This document shows positions 47,640 through 58,118 of a stretch of DNA of 64,000 nucleotides, in pieces. This DNA comes from an uncultured Gammaproteobacteria bacterium (lineage in GTDB: Bacteria > Patescibacteriota > Patescibacteriia > VMEV01 > CAZAJQ01), in assembly GCA_964485795.1 (NCBI GenBank), contig CAZAJQ010000005.1, forward strand, positions 4,678 to 68,677. Reading direction: 5' to 3'. A program made the translations under genes and the position numbers. The notes beneath the pieces were generated by a model. The model saw only the letters and a program-made list of their open reading frames with translations, was not told where the DNA came from and did not search any database. Numbering within the stretch: the first letter of the stretch is position 1; every line of letters begins with the position of its first letter.

Positions 47640-48656
47640 ATGCCCGTAGATGAAATCGATCAGCGCATCATCACCACTTCCCCACTGCCGAGCGATTCGG
47701 ATGCTCCCGTTTCTTTGCGTCCGCAGCTGCTCGATGACTTCATCGGACAAGAAAAAAACAAAAAACAGCTATCCATATTCATACAAGCCGCCAAGCAAAG
47801 AAAGGAACCCATAGAACATACCTTGCTCTATGGCCCCCCGGGACTCGGGAAAACCACCTTGGCGCATATTCTTGCGAAGGAAATGAACGTGAATATCCGC
47901 ATCACGGCCGGACCCGCCATCGAAAAAAGCGGAGATCTGGCGGCGATCCTCACCAATCTTTCAGCGGGTGATATCCTCTTTATCGATGAAATCCATCGTC
48001 TCAATCGCATCATCGAGGAAATTCTCTACCCGGCCATGGAAGACTATGCTCTGGACATCATCATCGGCAAAGGGCCATCGGCGCGAACGCTTCGTCTGGA
48101 TTTGCCGAAGTTCACGCTGATCGGCGCCACCACCAAGGTCAGCTCGCTTTCCGCGCCTCTTCGCGACCGATTCGGAGCCACGATTCATTTTCAATTTTAT
48201 ACCCAAGACGAAATGGAAAAAATTGTCCGTCGTTCCGCAAAAATCATGGATATCGAGCTTGAACCCGACGCGGCCAAAGAAATATCATCCCGATCAAGAC
48301 GCACTCCGCGCATCGCAAACCGCATTTTGCGTCGCATACGCGATTTCGCACAAGTCAATGGAGATGGTATAATACGGCTTAACACGGCCGAGGAAGCCCT
48401 TGACATGCTTGAAATCGACGCAAGCGGCCTTGACGCCACGGATCGAAGCATCCTTTCCATCATCATCGAAAAATACAAAGGCGGTCCGGTGGGGCTCAAT
48501 ACTTTGGCGGCCGCAACCGGCGAAGAGCAAGAAACCATCGAAGACGTTTACGAACCGTACCTGATTCAAACCGGATTCCTCGAAAGAACCCCCCGCGGCA
48601 GAATGGCCACGATGAAATCCTACCAACATTTGGGACTCACCTTTCAACCCTTATGA
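47640..48656 (+). CDS. ruvB: Holliday junction branch migration helicase RuvB
   Basis: [52 protein letters not shown]. Confidence 0.98.
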   Translation: MPVDEIDQRIITTSPLPSDSDAPVSLRPQLLDDFIGQEKNKKQLSIFIQAAKQRKEPIEHTLLYGPPGLGKTTLAHILAKEMNVNIRITAGPAIEKSGDLAAILTNLSAGDILFIDEIHRLNRIIEEILYPAMEDYALDIIIGKGPSARTLRLDLPKFTLIGATTKVSSLSAPLRDRFGATIHFQFYTQDEMEKIVRRSAKIMDIELEPDAAKEISSRSRRTPRIANRILRRIRDFAQVNGDGIIRLNTAEEALDMLEIDASGLDATDRSILSIIIEKYKGGPVGLNTLAAATGEEQETIEDVYEPYLIQTGFLERTPRGRMATMKSYQHLGLTFQPL

Positions 48657-48907
48657 CGACCTCCATTCTCCTCGTCCCCTATATCTTTTTTGTCGGAATC
48701 TTCGCCATTTTTTCCGGATTTTCGATATACCACATGATCAAATTTTCCTTGGTCAATAAAATGAGCTTTATCGCCACTTTTCTTTTTGTCACGATGACCA
48801 TCATCATTTTTCTGACCACATGGATATACGCAAGCACCGTTGACTGGACAAGGCCGCTTTTTGAATCCCAGCAATTCAGGTTTGACAATAAAGATTTGAG
48901 ATTCTAA
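48653..48907 (+). CDS. Small two-TM membrane protein
   Basis: ATGA overlap with the ruvB stop; two hydrophobic helices around IYH. Confidence 0.7.
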   Translation: MTTSILLVPYIFFVGIFAIFSGFSIYHMIKFSLVNKMSFIATFLFVTMTIIIFLTTWIYASTVDWTRPLFESQQFRFDNKDLRF

Positions 48908-48931
48908 ACGCCGTCTCACAACCGCCCCCTT

Positions 48932-49513
48932 ATGTTCAGCATTGATCAGCTCCCCAATCCTCGCGAAGACGAAAAAATCGTCCTTTTTTTACGAAGGCAT
49001 ATTTTTGTTTTCATCGTGCAATGCTGTCTTTACGGCTTTCTCGCCATTATCCCTCTGCTCCTGTATTTTTTTTGGACGCAATTCATCGGACCGCTGGACG
49101 TGGCGCCAAATTTTTATGCCGTACTCGTGCTTTCGACGAGCATATATTACCTTTTCGTCTCGGTATTTTTGTATACGGCTTTTATGGACTACTTTCTGGA
49201 CGTCTGGATACTCACGAACAATCGCATCATCAGCATCGAACAAAAAGGACTTTTCTCAAGATTCATAGCCGAGCATGACCTCGATGTGGTGCAGGACGTA
49301 TCCGTGGAAATGCAAGGCATTCTTCCCACATTTTTGAAATACGGCGATATCCATATTCAGACCGCCGGCGCCACCCAGTATTTTATTTTTAAAGAAATTC
49401 CCTATCCGTTTGACGTATCCTCGACCGTCGGACGCGTGGTCAAGGAGTACAAAGAGAAAGTCCGCGGCATAACAAAAAAACCCGAGAGACTGGATGGCAC
49501 GGGTTTGCAATAA
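48932..49513 (+). CDS. Membrane protein with bacterial PH domain
   Basis: E.I....RRH, two TM helices, D.WILTN.RI..IEQ.GLF.R...E..L..VQDV, YG.I.IQTAG. Confidence 0.85.
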   Translation: MFSIDQLPNPREDEKIVLFLRRHIFVFIVQCCLYGFLAIIPLLLYFFWTQFIGPLDVAPNFYAVLVLSTSIYYLFVSVFLYTAFMDYFLDVWILTNNRIISIEQKGLFSRFIAEHDLDVVQDVSVEMQGILPTFLKYGDIHIQTAGATQYFIFKEIPYPFDVSSTVGRVVKEYKEKVRGITKKPERLDGTGLQ

Positions 49514-49524
49514 ACAGGAAAAAA

Positions 49525-49560
49525 TCAAAAAACAAAAAAACAGAGAACACTCTGTTTTTT
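49525..49560. terminator. Bidirectional intrinsic terminator
   Basis: AAAAAACAGAG-AACA-CTCTGTTTTTT between convergent genes. Confidence 0.75.
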
Positions 49561-49603
49561 ATTATTCATCATAAAAACGAACCCAAAACGCCGTTTCAAT
49601 ATC

Positions 49604-52366
49604 CTATAAACGTATCATCGCCAGATCTCCCCAATTTTTCCCGACTTTGGGCTCCACGATCAGAGGCACGCGAAGCTTGTACACGTTTTCCATGATATGT
49701 TTCATCAGCGCCGCCACCGGAAGAATCTTGTCTTCCCGTACTTCAAAAACCAATTCATCGTGCACCTGAAGAAGCATGAAAAAATCGTCTTTTTCAATAC
49801 CTTCGGAATGCTTCATCCCCATCTGATATTCATGGATCGCAATCATGGCCATTTTTATGATGTCGGCATTCAATCCCTGAATCGGCATATTGATGGCCAT
49901 TCTTTCGGCCGCGGCGCGTATCATCGGCACTCCGGAGTCTATTTCCGGCAAATAACGAATGCGTCCCATTTCGGTCTTTATATACTTATGCTGATGCGCA
50001 AATTCCTTGGCCGCCTCCATATAGAGCGCCACCCGACTGTAAAGCTCAAAATACTTCTTGATGAATTGCTGCGCTTCCTGCCTCGCGATACCCGTGCGCT
50101 GCGCAAGCGATGTGGCGCCCATGCCGTAAATGACTCCGAAATTCACTTCTTTTGCGTTTGATCGCATCTCTTTTGTCACCTCGCCCGCGGCAACCCCAAA
50201 AATCTTGGCGGCCGTGGTGACATGTATGTCCCCGCCCTTCTCGTAAACCTCCATCATATTCTGATCCTGGGATATCGAGGCCACGATGCGAAGCTCGATC
50301 TGGGAATAGTCGGCGGACAGGACCCGGTATCCGGGTCTTGCGCAAAAAGCCTTTCGCACCTCGCGACCCAAGGCGGTTCTTATCGGGATATTCTGCAGAT
50401 TCGGATTGGACGATGAAAGCCTGCCCGTGGCGGCGACGGTTTGATTGAAACTCGTATGGACTCGATGCGTCACCGGATTGATAAGCCTTGGTAAGGCGAT
50501 GATATAGGTGGAAAGCAGCTTCGCCAGCTCTCTGGCTTCAAAAATGGGTTCGATGATTGGATGCCTGCCCTGCAGCTTATCCAGCTCGCTTGCGGCCGTG
50601 GAAAGCCCGGTTTTTATTTTTTTTATGCCCTTGTCCGAAATTTTCAGCCGATCAAAAAGCACTTCCTTGAGTTGCTGCGGGGAATGAATGTTGAAATCCT
50701 GCCCGGCCATCTCATGAATCTTTTTTTCCACTTCGGCAAGTCTTTCTTCCGCTTTTTTTCGGAGCATCTCCAAAACCTGCACGTCGAGCATGATGCCCCG
50801 TTTTTCCATGGAAAAAAGAACGGGTATGAGCGGAATCTCAAGGTTTTGAAAAAAATCGTAGAGTTTTTTTTCTTTCAAATCCGCGGAGAGTACGGAAAAT
50901 ATTTGTGAAATCACAAGAACCCTTTCCGCACCTGCCGCCATGCGTTCTTTCTCGTCTGAAACATCTTCAAAGATCGTTTCCGCTTCCATGATATCCCGCT
51001 TGGTCAAGCTCAATCCCAAAGACTTGAGCGTATGATTTCGACTGCCGGGGTTGAGAAGATACGAAGCGATCATGGTATCAAAATACGGTTTGCAAGGCAT
51101 TATTTTGCTTCCATCCAAAAAAGCCATCTGGCGCTTCATATCATGGCTCACTTTCAGAATATCCTGATCGTAAAATATTTCTCCGAAAAAAGTCATCCGT
51201 TCTTTTTTTATCATCACACTTTCATCCGAAACTCTCAGCGTCATACCCGATACTTCGGCTAAAAAGTCGGGAATGCCGCTCGCCGATATTTCAAAAAACA
51301 TTTTTCCTTCTTTCTTGATGCTTGAAATGATCGCTTTCAAATCTTTTTCATCGGAAATGACCCGGATCGGCGCTTCGTCCTTTTTTTGTGTGTGGTCAAT
51401 GTGAACGAAAAGGTCTCCTTGAGCGATGACGTTTTTTATGGACGGCTTTTTGGTTTCCGGCTCTGAAAGCGACGATGGGATCTTGTCCATCAAGGTGAGA
51501 AACTGATACTCGGAAAAAAGATCCACCAACGCTTTTTTGTCAAAATCACCGAATCGGCATGCTTCGATGTCAAAATCCAAAGGAACCCCTCGATCCATGG
51601 AAACGAGCTTCCGAGCCAAAAAGGCTTCATCCTTGTGTTTTTTCAAAAGTTCAAGGAATCGGGGTTTGATCACCGAAAGCACTGATGATTCGTCTCTTTC
51701 AACGGCTTCATAGAGGGCAGCCAAAGAACCGAAATGCGAAATGAGCTTGATGGCCGTCTTTTCTCCGATACCCGGAACGCCCGGGATATTGTCCGAAGGA
51801 TCTCCTTTGAGAGCTTTGAAATCGATGAGCTGTTCCGGCTTGAGGCCGTAACGCTCCATGACCTTGGCAATATCGTAAATCACGGTGTCGGAAATCCCTT
51901 TTCTCATGGTATACACTCTTGTCGAGTCATCCACGAGCTGCAATGCGTCCAGATCGCCGGTGAGAATCAAGCATTGCATTTCACGCTCGCGAACTGCTCG
52001 ATGTGAAACCAAAGTGCCGATAATATCATCCGCTTCGTATCCGGCCTTATCAAACGTTGGAACCTTGAGAGCTTTCAAAACTTTATAAATATAGGGTATC
52101 TGCTCATAGAGTTCATCGGGCTGTTTTTCGCGACCGGCTTTGTAGGCTTCGTATTCATCATGACGAAACGTCTTTTCCGCTCGGTCAAAAGCGGCGACAA
52201 TATGGGTGGGTCTCAATTCCCTGATAACCCGAAAAAGGATGAGCAAAAAACCATACACGGCATTGACCACCACCCCATCCTTGGTGGTCAATGGCGGCAA
52301 GGCATGCCATGCTCGGTGCAAAAGGGCATTGCCGTCGATCACGACCAGCACTTCTTTTTTCTTCAT
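49604..52366 (-). CDS. polA: DNA polymerase I
   Basis: IDGN...RA.HA, EADDIIGTL, GD.SDNIPGV.GIGEKTA, TGRLSSS.PNLQNIP, ADYSQIELR, K.VNFGVIYG, LQVHDEL. Confidence 0.98.
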   Translation of the reverse strand: MKKKEVLVVIDGNALLHRAWHALPPLTTKDGVVVNAVYGFLLILFRVIRELRPTHIVAAFDRAEKTFRHDEYEAYKAGREKQPDELYEQIPYIYKVLKALKVPTFDKAGYEADDIIGTLVSHRAVREREMQCLILTGDLDALQLVDDSTRVYTMRKGISDTVIYDIAKVMERYGLKPEQLIDFKALKGDPSDNIPGVPGIGEKTAIKLISHFGSLAALYEAVERDESSVLSVIKPRFLELLKKHKDEAFLARKLVSMDRGVPLDFDIEACRFGDFDKKALVDLFSEYQFLTLMDKIPSSLSEPETKKPSIKNVIAQGDLFVHIDHTQKKDEAPIRVISDEKDLKAIISSIKKEGKMFFEISASGIPDFLAEVSGMTLRVSDESVMIKKERMTFFGEIFYDQDILKVSHDMKRQMAFLDGSKIMPCKPYFDTMIASYLLNPGSRNHTLKSLGLSLTKRDIMEAETIFEDVSDEKERMAAGAERVLVISQIFSVLSADLKEKKLYDFFQNLEIPLIPVLFSMEKRGIMLDVQVLEMLRKKAEERLAEVEKKIHEMAGQDFNIHSPQQLKEVLFDRLKISDKGIKKIKTGLSTAASELDKLQGRHPIIEPIFEARELAKLLSTYIIALPRLINPVTHRVHTSFNQTVAATGRLSSSNPNLQNIPIRTALGREVRKAFCARPGYRVLSADYSQIELRIVASISQDQNMMEVYEKGGDIHVTTAAKIFGVAAGEVTKEMRSNAKEVNFGVIYGMGATSLAQRTGIARQEAQQFIKKYFELYSRVALYMEAAKEFAHQHKYIKTEMGRIRYLPEIDSGVPMIRAAAERMAINMPIQGLNADIIKMAMIAIHEYQMGMKHSEGIEKDDFFMLLQVHDELVFEVREDKILPVAALMKHIMENVYKLRVPLIVEPKVGKNWGDLAMIRL

Positions 52367-52602
52367 ATCAAAAATCAATGTCATCGGCTTTCAAAGAGAA
52401 AAAGGCCAATAATGAATAAAATCATTCGTATTGTAGCATGGGAAGACCGACGACGATAGAAGAGACGCTGCTTTCGTTTTCGACGATATCCTCCATCCAT
52501 ATTCACGGATCAAAACGCGATCCGCCCTCGATGAAAAACAAAAACACCCGCCATAATGACGGATGTTTTTGAAAAAGTCGAGGTTATTACGAATTGATGA
52601 TC

Positions 52603-53145
52603 TTATTTTACGACTTGGACGCGAACTCTTTTTCTCCCATAGGCCAAAGCATCGCTTTTATCTCCCATCCAGACGTCAATCACCTTGTGATAACGTCTAT
52701 TCATGCGATCTTCCACGATAAAAACCTGATCACCGAAAATATCGGGAAAACGGACCTTGGTTCCGAGAGGAAAATAATTGGAAGCCACGACACCGAAGCG
52801 AGTAAAAGTACCCGCAGCCGTAATATACGGACTTCCATCGGTTTGATTTGGAAGCGAGTTATAGGCGCTGGATTCCATGATATGCTGCCCCATCACACGA
52901 TACTCTCTTTCAAGAAACGCGGGTCTATCGCGTTTCGTGATCGGCGCATAAGCCGGCAAAATCAAACTTCTGCGCTTTTCCATCGATTGCCGTGATACCA
53001 ATCCCATACCGGATTCATTCACCTGCGAAGCCGCATAGACGAGCTGCCGCGGTGAAAAAAGCTCAAAAGCGATCACCGAAAGCACGGCTGACATTCGAAG
53101 AGTTTTTTGAAAACGTGAAAGGATATGACCGATGAGATATATCAT
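52603..53145 (-). CDS. 3D-domain secreted protein
   Basis: SAYNS...QTD.SP.ITA.G, VA.N..P.GT.V, VEDR, ID.W......A..YG. Confidence 0.88.
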   Translation of the reverse strand: MIYLIGHILSRFQKTLRMSAVLSVIAFELFSPRQLVYAASQVNESGMGLVSRQSMEKRRSLILPAYAPITKRDRPAFLEREYRVMGQHIMESSAYNSLPNQTDGSPYITAAGTFTRFGVVASNYFPLGTKVRFPDIFGDQVFIVEDRMNRRYHKVIDVWMGDKSDALAYGRKRVRVQVVK

Positions 53146-53271
53146 AGATGTGATATAAATAAAAAATCCGCATGATTTGCGAACTTTTTAATATATCACA
53201 AATTGATAATTTTGTCAATACATTCGACAATATTTTGGCTCTATGAAGCGAAAAAAATACAAACTTTCATC

Positions 53272-54411
53272 TTATAAACTTCTTTTCAATATCCTTGCCA
53301 CCACCTCCTCGCTCGCATGCGGCTTTGCGATGCCGGACGCTTTTTGACTCATATCCATGAGAATATCGGGATGATCAAGCATATACTGGAGTTTGAATTG
53401 AAGCTGCACTTCATCATAGGCTTCATAGCCGATTCCCTGTTCTTGAACAAAATCCGTATTGATTTCCTCTTGCCCGGGAACGGGGGCGATGATGAGCAAA
53501 GGTTTGCCCAATACCATGCATTCCGTAACCGTCAGCCCCCCCGCCTTGCTCACCACGATGTCAGCCGCTTTCATGTACTCGTGGATATTGTCGACAAATC
53601 CCAAAACTTTTTTTGTCACGAATTTCGGGAAACGTTTTTTTTGCAATCGTCGTCTGAGGGCGTCGTTTTTGCCGGTGATGATCGCCATGTGGCAGCTTCG
53701 TTTCATCGAGAGTATCGCATCAATGATTTTTGGCAATCTCCCCACTCCAAGTCCGCCGCTGAGAATCAAAAGCGCTGCCTTGTCCCCGTCAAAACCCAAT
53801 TCACGCCGTATCGTTTGTTGCGTTTTTCCCAGCGTCAAAAATTTTCTCCGCACCGGTATGCCGGTGACGAAAACCTTGCTTTCATCGACTTTCATCTTAT
53901 GCACGAGCGACCACTTCGCCAAATCGGACGCGACAAAATACGAATGAATGTGTGGGCGCACCCACAACGCATGAATGTCATAATCCGTGATCACCACGGA
54001 ATGCGGAATGCTGCGGATGAAACGGCTTGTGAACGTCTGCAAAACGCCCGTGGAAAAAAAATGCGTAGAAATGATATGATCAGGCGCGAACTCTTTGATC
54101 ATGCGGAGCAATTTTTGGGAATTGAGACGATCAAGAAAAGAAACGACCTTTTTCCTGATGCTGTCCTCTTCTTTTTTATCGAGAAATCCGTACAGCTGTC
54201 CCCAAATCTTTGGAGCGTAGTGGATCAAGGACGCATAGCCTCCGGTATAAACGTCTTTATACAGAATATTCGTATAATCCAAAACATCCACATTGCGCAC
54301 CTCGCTTTTGGGGCTTTGTCTTCGGAATTCTTCTTCGAGCGCGGCCGCCACCGAAACATGCCCGGATCCGGCCGATACCGATAAAATAAGTATGCGTTTT
54401 TTTTCATTCAT
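53272..54411 (-). CDS. MGDG synthase/UgtP-like glycosyltransferase (GT28)
   Basis: S.SAG.GH...A.AL, STH, VITDY..H..W, TGIPV, GG.G, G.N, K.GG.T..E, P.PGQE..N. Confidence 0.9.
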   Translation of the reverse strand: MNEKKRILILSVSAGSGHVSVAAALEEEFRRQSPKSEVRNVDVLDYTNILYKDVYTGGYASLIHYAPKIWGQLYGFLDKKEEDSIRKKVVSFLDRLNSQKLLRMIKEFAPDHIISTHFFSTGVLQTFTSRFIRSIPHSVVITDYDIHALWVRPHIHSYFVASDLAKWSLVHKMKVDESKVFVTGIPVRRKFLTLGKTQQTIRRELGFDGDKAALLILSGGLGVGRLPKIIDAILSMKRSCHMAIITGKNDALRRRLQKKRFPKFVTKKVLGFVDNIHEYMKAADIVVSKAGGLTVTECMVLGKPLLIIAPVPGQEEINTDFVQEQGIGYEAYDEVQLQFKLQYMLDHPDILMDMSQKASGIAKPHASEEVVARILKRSL

Positions 54412-54560
54412 AGGAAAAGTATTATGTGCTTCTCCAAAGAGTGGAAGAATGGTACGGCTGCCGTAGCTTCTCTTTGATATTCCGAAGTATAGCATTTTGC
54501 ATGAATGGTTTGACAAATATTTCTGACTCTCACATTATGACTTCAAGCATTTGATCCTTT

Positions 54561-55481
54561 ATGAATAAAACTTTATTTTTTTTCCTCCTCTCTTCAGCCG
54601 TCGTCATCGCTGTCATTCTCGTATTGATCCCTCGGGATAACCCTCGGGACAATGCTCAAAAAAGATCCGATACCCCAAAAATCCAAATCGTCACAACGAT
54701 ATATCCTTTGGAATTTTTGGCCAAGAGCATAGGGGGAGATCATGTCGAGGTGAAAAATCTCACCGCCCAAGGAGGCGAGCCGCACGATTTTGAGGCTACG
54801 CCTCAAGACGCCATCACGCTTCAAAACGCGGATATGATCATCACCCTCGGTTACGGTATAGACGCATGGATACGCTTGCTCATTGAAGGTATTGATGCGA
54901 ACAAACTTCTCATCATTCAGGATCATCCCCGACCGTTTTTGGATCAAACGGATCCTCATTTCTGGATGCATCCCATCTTTTTGGGAAAAGTCGGAGGAAT
55001 CATCGAAGATTCATTGTCCAAAATCGATCAAAGACACGCGATGGACTATAAAAAAAATTTTGAAGATCTCGTATATAAACTCTCCGAATTTACAATGCTT
55101 GCCGAGCCTCATATTCCCCTCAAATGCGAAAATAAGACCATTATCGTAACCCATGACGCATTCGCTTACTTGGGGAGACTTTTCGGTTTTACCACCCTGC
55201 CGATCGCCTCTATCCATGACGAAGAACCAAGCGCCGGAAGAATCGCGGAAATTATCGAATTTGCAAAAAAGAACGGGATAAAAAAAGTATTCAGCGAATC
55301 CACCATTGATACAAGACTCGCCGATACCGTGGCGCAAGCCGTCGGCGGCGCAGTTCTTATCCTGCATCCGTTGGAGGCGCTCTCCGAGAAAGAGAGGGAA
55401 AACGGCGAGGACTATTTTTCCATCATGAAAAAAAATCTTATCAATATTGAGTTGGCATTCCAAGATTGCACGAGGATATGA
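54561..55481 (+). CDS. znuA: Zn/Mn ABC transporter substrate-binding protein
   Basis: EPHDFE.TP, DPHFW..P, HDAF.Y, EPS, PLE. Confidence 0.9.
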   Translation: MNKTLFFFLLSSAVVIAVILVLIPRDNPRDNAQKRSDTPKIQIVTTIYPLEFLAKSIGGDHVEVKNLTAQGGEPHDFEATPQDAITLQNADMIITLGYGIDAWIRLLIEGIDANKLLIIQDHPRPFLDQTDPHFWMHPIFLGKVGGIIEDSLSKIDQRHAMDYKKNFEDLVYKLSEFTMLAEPHIPLKCENKTIIVTHDAFAYLGRLFGFTTLPIASIHDEEPSAGRIAEIIEFAKKNGIKKVFSESTIDTRLADTVAQAVGGAVLILHPLEALSEKERENGEDYFSIMKKNLINIELAFQDCTRI

Positions 55482-56236
55482 TTCAAACGCATGCGAATAT
55501 CAATTTTGAACTCCGTGACGTGTCTTTTCGTTATGAAAAGGAGCTGATTCTCGAGGATATTTCATTTTCCATCAAACAAGGAGACTATGTGGGCATCATC
55601 GGACCAAACGGTTCGGGAAAAACGACGTTGCTCAAAATATTGCTCGGTATTCTTCAGCCGGTAAAGGGCGAGCTCAAAATCTTCGGAGAAATGAAGCCCG
55701 ATCGGTTTCAAAGAAGCGGTATCGGCTATGTTCCGCAAAGGGCGTTTCAAACCGATTTTCCTTTTCCGGCAAATATCCATGAGATTGTCGCAAACGGACT
55801 TTTTCCCAAAAAAAAATTTGGACTTCTTTCGTCGGACGATAAAAAACGGATTCAAGACACCATGGAGATGACCGGACTCTGGAATATTCGAAGCGCAATG
55901 TTTCAAACCCTTTCCGGAGGACAAAAACAAAAAGTATACATGGCGCAAGCTCTTATCTCGAAGCCCAAAATTCTGATACTCGATGAACCGAGCACGGGAG
56001 TGGATATCAGTGCCGAACACACTTTTTTCAGATTCATCAAAACGCTCAACGAACAAAAAAACATCACGGTCATGCTCGTTTCGCATGATCTCGACATCAT
56101 TACCAACGAAGTGAAGTACGTGATTTGCCTCAATCGCAAGCTTATGTGCCATACGCCGGTCAAAGAGTTCGTGTCCGGACACTATATCGAAAAACTCTAC
56201 GGCCAAGGAACAAAATTCGTAAAACATCGTCACTGA
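55478..56236 (+). CDS. znuC: Metal ABC transporter ATP-binding protein
   Basis: GPNGSGKTT, GYVPQ, LSGGQ.Q, LDEP..GVD, SHDL, CLN. Confidence 0.92.
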   Translation: MIQTHANINFELRDVSFRYEKELILEDISFSIKQGDYVGIIGPNGSGKTTLLKILLGILQPVKGELKIFGEMKPDRFQRSGIGYVPQRAFQTDFPFPANIHEIVANGLFPKKKFGLLSSDDKKRIQDTMEMTGLWNIRSAMFQTLSGGQKQKVYMAQALISKPKILILDEPSTGVDISAEHTFFRFIKTLNEQKNITVMLVSHDLDIITNEVKYVICLNRKLMCHTPVKEFVSGHYIEKLYGQGTKFVKHRH

Positions 56237-56237
56237 T

Positions 56238-57038
56238 ATGCTGCAAATCTTCGAATACGATTTCATGATACGCGCTTTCGCTGCCGGATCGCTCATCGCG
56301 GCAATCGCGCCCCTTATAGGTCATTTTCTCGTGATCAAGCGCTACTCCGTGCTGTCGGATACGCTTTCGCATGTCGCGCTCGCGGGCATCGCCCTCGGAT
56401 CATGGCTGCACATCGCACCGCTTTGGTCGGCTGTGGCGGCCTCGACGCTCGGAGCATGGGGACTTGAACATATCAAAAAAAAGGCGCATATCTTGGGTGA
56501 TGCGGCGCTCGCGGTGCTTCTCTCCGGGAGTTTGGCCATCAGCGCCGCGGTCATGAGTCTGACGGGAAATTTCAATGCCGGGTTCCTTTCTCTTCTTTTC
56601 GGCAGCATTGTCTCGGTGCGGATGATGGATATCGTCATTCTCGCGATATGGAGCTCTGCGGTAATCCTCTCGATGCAGCTCTTTTATCGACATCTCTTTG
56701 CCATATCCTTTGACGAAGAAATAGCCGAAGCCAAAGGAGTCTCGGCGCAAAAATGGAACCTCGGCCTTATACTGATCGCGGGCTATACCATCGTGTTTTC
56801 CATAAAAATGTTCGGAGCCCTTCTGATCGGCGCCTTGATGATATTGCCGACGATTACGGCTTTTCAGCTGGCTCGAAGCTTCCGCGCCTCATTGATACTC
56901 TCCTCGTTCATTTCCATAACCGCCACCATCATCGGAATATTCCTGTCATTTTACGGAAATATCGCCGCCAGCGCCGCTATCGTGCTCACGCTCCTTGTCT
57001 TTTTCATGCTCAGTTTCGCATCAAAAAAGTTTTCTTAA
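56238..57038 (+). CDS. znuB: Metal ABC transporter permease
   Basis: FM.RA, D.LSH.ALAG, LFGSI, FDEE.A...G, GALLI.AL...P. Confidence 0.92.
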   Translation: MLQIFEYDFMIRAFAAGSLIAAIAPLIGHFLVIKRYSVLSDTLSHVALAGIALGSWLHIAPLWSAVAASTLGAWGLEHIKKKAHILGDAALAVLLSGSLAISAAVMSLTGNFNAGFLSLLFGSIVSVRMMDIVILAIWSSAVILSMQLFYRHLFAISFDEEIAEAKGVSAQKWNLGLILIAGYTIVFSIKMFGALLIGALMILPTITAFQLARSFRASLILSSFISITATIIGIFLSFYGNIAASAAIVLTLLVFFMLSFASKKFS

Positions 57039-57039
57039 T

Positions 57040-57120
57040 GTTGCGGCGAACCTCTGTGTTCGCCAAACTTTAAAGTGTTTCGCCAATGTATTCGCACTTC
57101 TCAAGTGTGTTCGCCGCAAC
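57040..57120. repeat. 81-bp element with perfect 12-bp terminal inverted repeat
   Basis: GTTGCGGCGAAC ... GTTCGCCGCAAC with internal TTCGC(C) copies. Confidence 0.6.
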
Positions 57121-57166
57121 GAGTAAATGATATGCCGGCAAAAGCGACTCTATTCTGGGGTCGCTT

Positions 57167-57829
57167 TTAATTTTCACGTATATTACGGAAGGAATCAAGC
57201 CCTCCCGCAGACATCGCGAAAAGCCATATTCCCCCCAAAAAAAATCCGGCGAGAACGTCGCTTGCATAATGCACTCCGAGATATACCCTGCTCAGCCCGA
57301 TGAGAAAGATAAGCGCTGCGCAAAAAACGATAGCGCTTTTTTTCCGAAAACTCGACATAAAAATTCTTGAAGCCATGACAGCCAAAAACCCGTAAAAAAA
57401 CATCGACATCACAGCATGTCCGCTGGGAAAAGAAAAAAGATCCTCATTCACGAGAGCCCCAGATGCGTCCGGCCGCATGCGTCCGACAAAGATTTTCATG
57501 ATATACATCGATAAAGCGCTCGAAATCATGCCAAAGAAAAAGACCCACGCCGTATGACGATGATTATTGAAAAGCAAGAAAAAAAAGGTCACAAGCGTCG
57601 CAAACACGAGAAATTCGATATCCCCGAGCGTCGTGATCAATGTAAAAAAAATATTCATGCCATTGCTTCGAAATCGCAAAACAAACTCGGAAAGCATGAT
57701 ATCCGCATCCATGACGCGAAGAAAAATCGTATCTCGAAACAAGGTCAAAAATACGATGATACCCGCGACAAAAAGGCCGGTTATCAGAATCGGGAAAAAT
57801 CGCCGAACAAGATTTTTTCCTTTTGACAT
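57167..57829 (-). CDS. PAP2 family phosphatase
   Basis: K....R.RP, SFPSGH, SRVYLGVHY.SDV.AG. Confidence 0.95.
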   Translation of the reverse strand: MSKGKNLVRRFFPILITGLFVAGIIVFLTLFRDTIFLRVMDADIMLSEFVLRFRSNGMNIFFTLITTLGDIEFLVFATLVTFFFLLFNNHRHTAWVFFFGMISSALSMYIMKIFVGRMRPDASGALVNEDLFSFPSGHAVMSMFFYGFLAVMASRIFMSSFRKKSAIVFCAALIFLIGLSRVYLGVHYASDVLAGFFLGGIWLFAMSAGGLDSFRNIREN

Positions 57830-57870
57830 AACTTCAAATCATATCCACTATCATAGAGCAATGATTTTCG

Positions 57871-57918
57871 GAGGGGAAGGGTAGGGGCGGATCGCGACCC
57901 GCCCCTACCCTTCCCCTC
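57871..57918. repeat. GTAG-type REP palindrome
   Basis: 20-bp perfect arms GAGGGGAAGGGTAGGGGCGG / CCGCCCCTACCCTTCCCCTC. Confidence 0.8.
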
Positions 57919-57957
57919 TGTTTTCCATTTTAAAATCTTCTTTAACACCCAAAAACA

Positions 57958-57985
57958 TTGACATAACTCTATATTGGGTTATAAT
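57958..57985 (+). promoter_or_regulatory. Consensus sigma70 promoter
   Basis: TTGACA-N16-TATAAT; AAGGAG SD downstream. Confidence 0.75.
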
Positions 57986-58040
57986 ACGAAGTTCTTGATT
58001 GTTTCTTTTATTTTCTTTTTTTAAAAAAAGGAGCTGCAGC

Positions 58041-58118
58041 ATGTCCCAAACCAATCAAAAAGTTGTCTTGATCATCACTCATGGCGAAAAAATTCACCGG
58101 GATATGCTCATATTTTGA
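58041..58118 (+). pseudogene. Truncated gene start, histidine-phosphatase-like N-terminus
   Basis: MSQTNQKVVLIITHGEK resembles the hhhhRHGE motif; stops after 25 codons inside the opposite-strand remnant. Confidence 0.45.
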
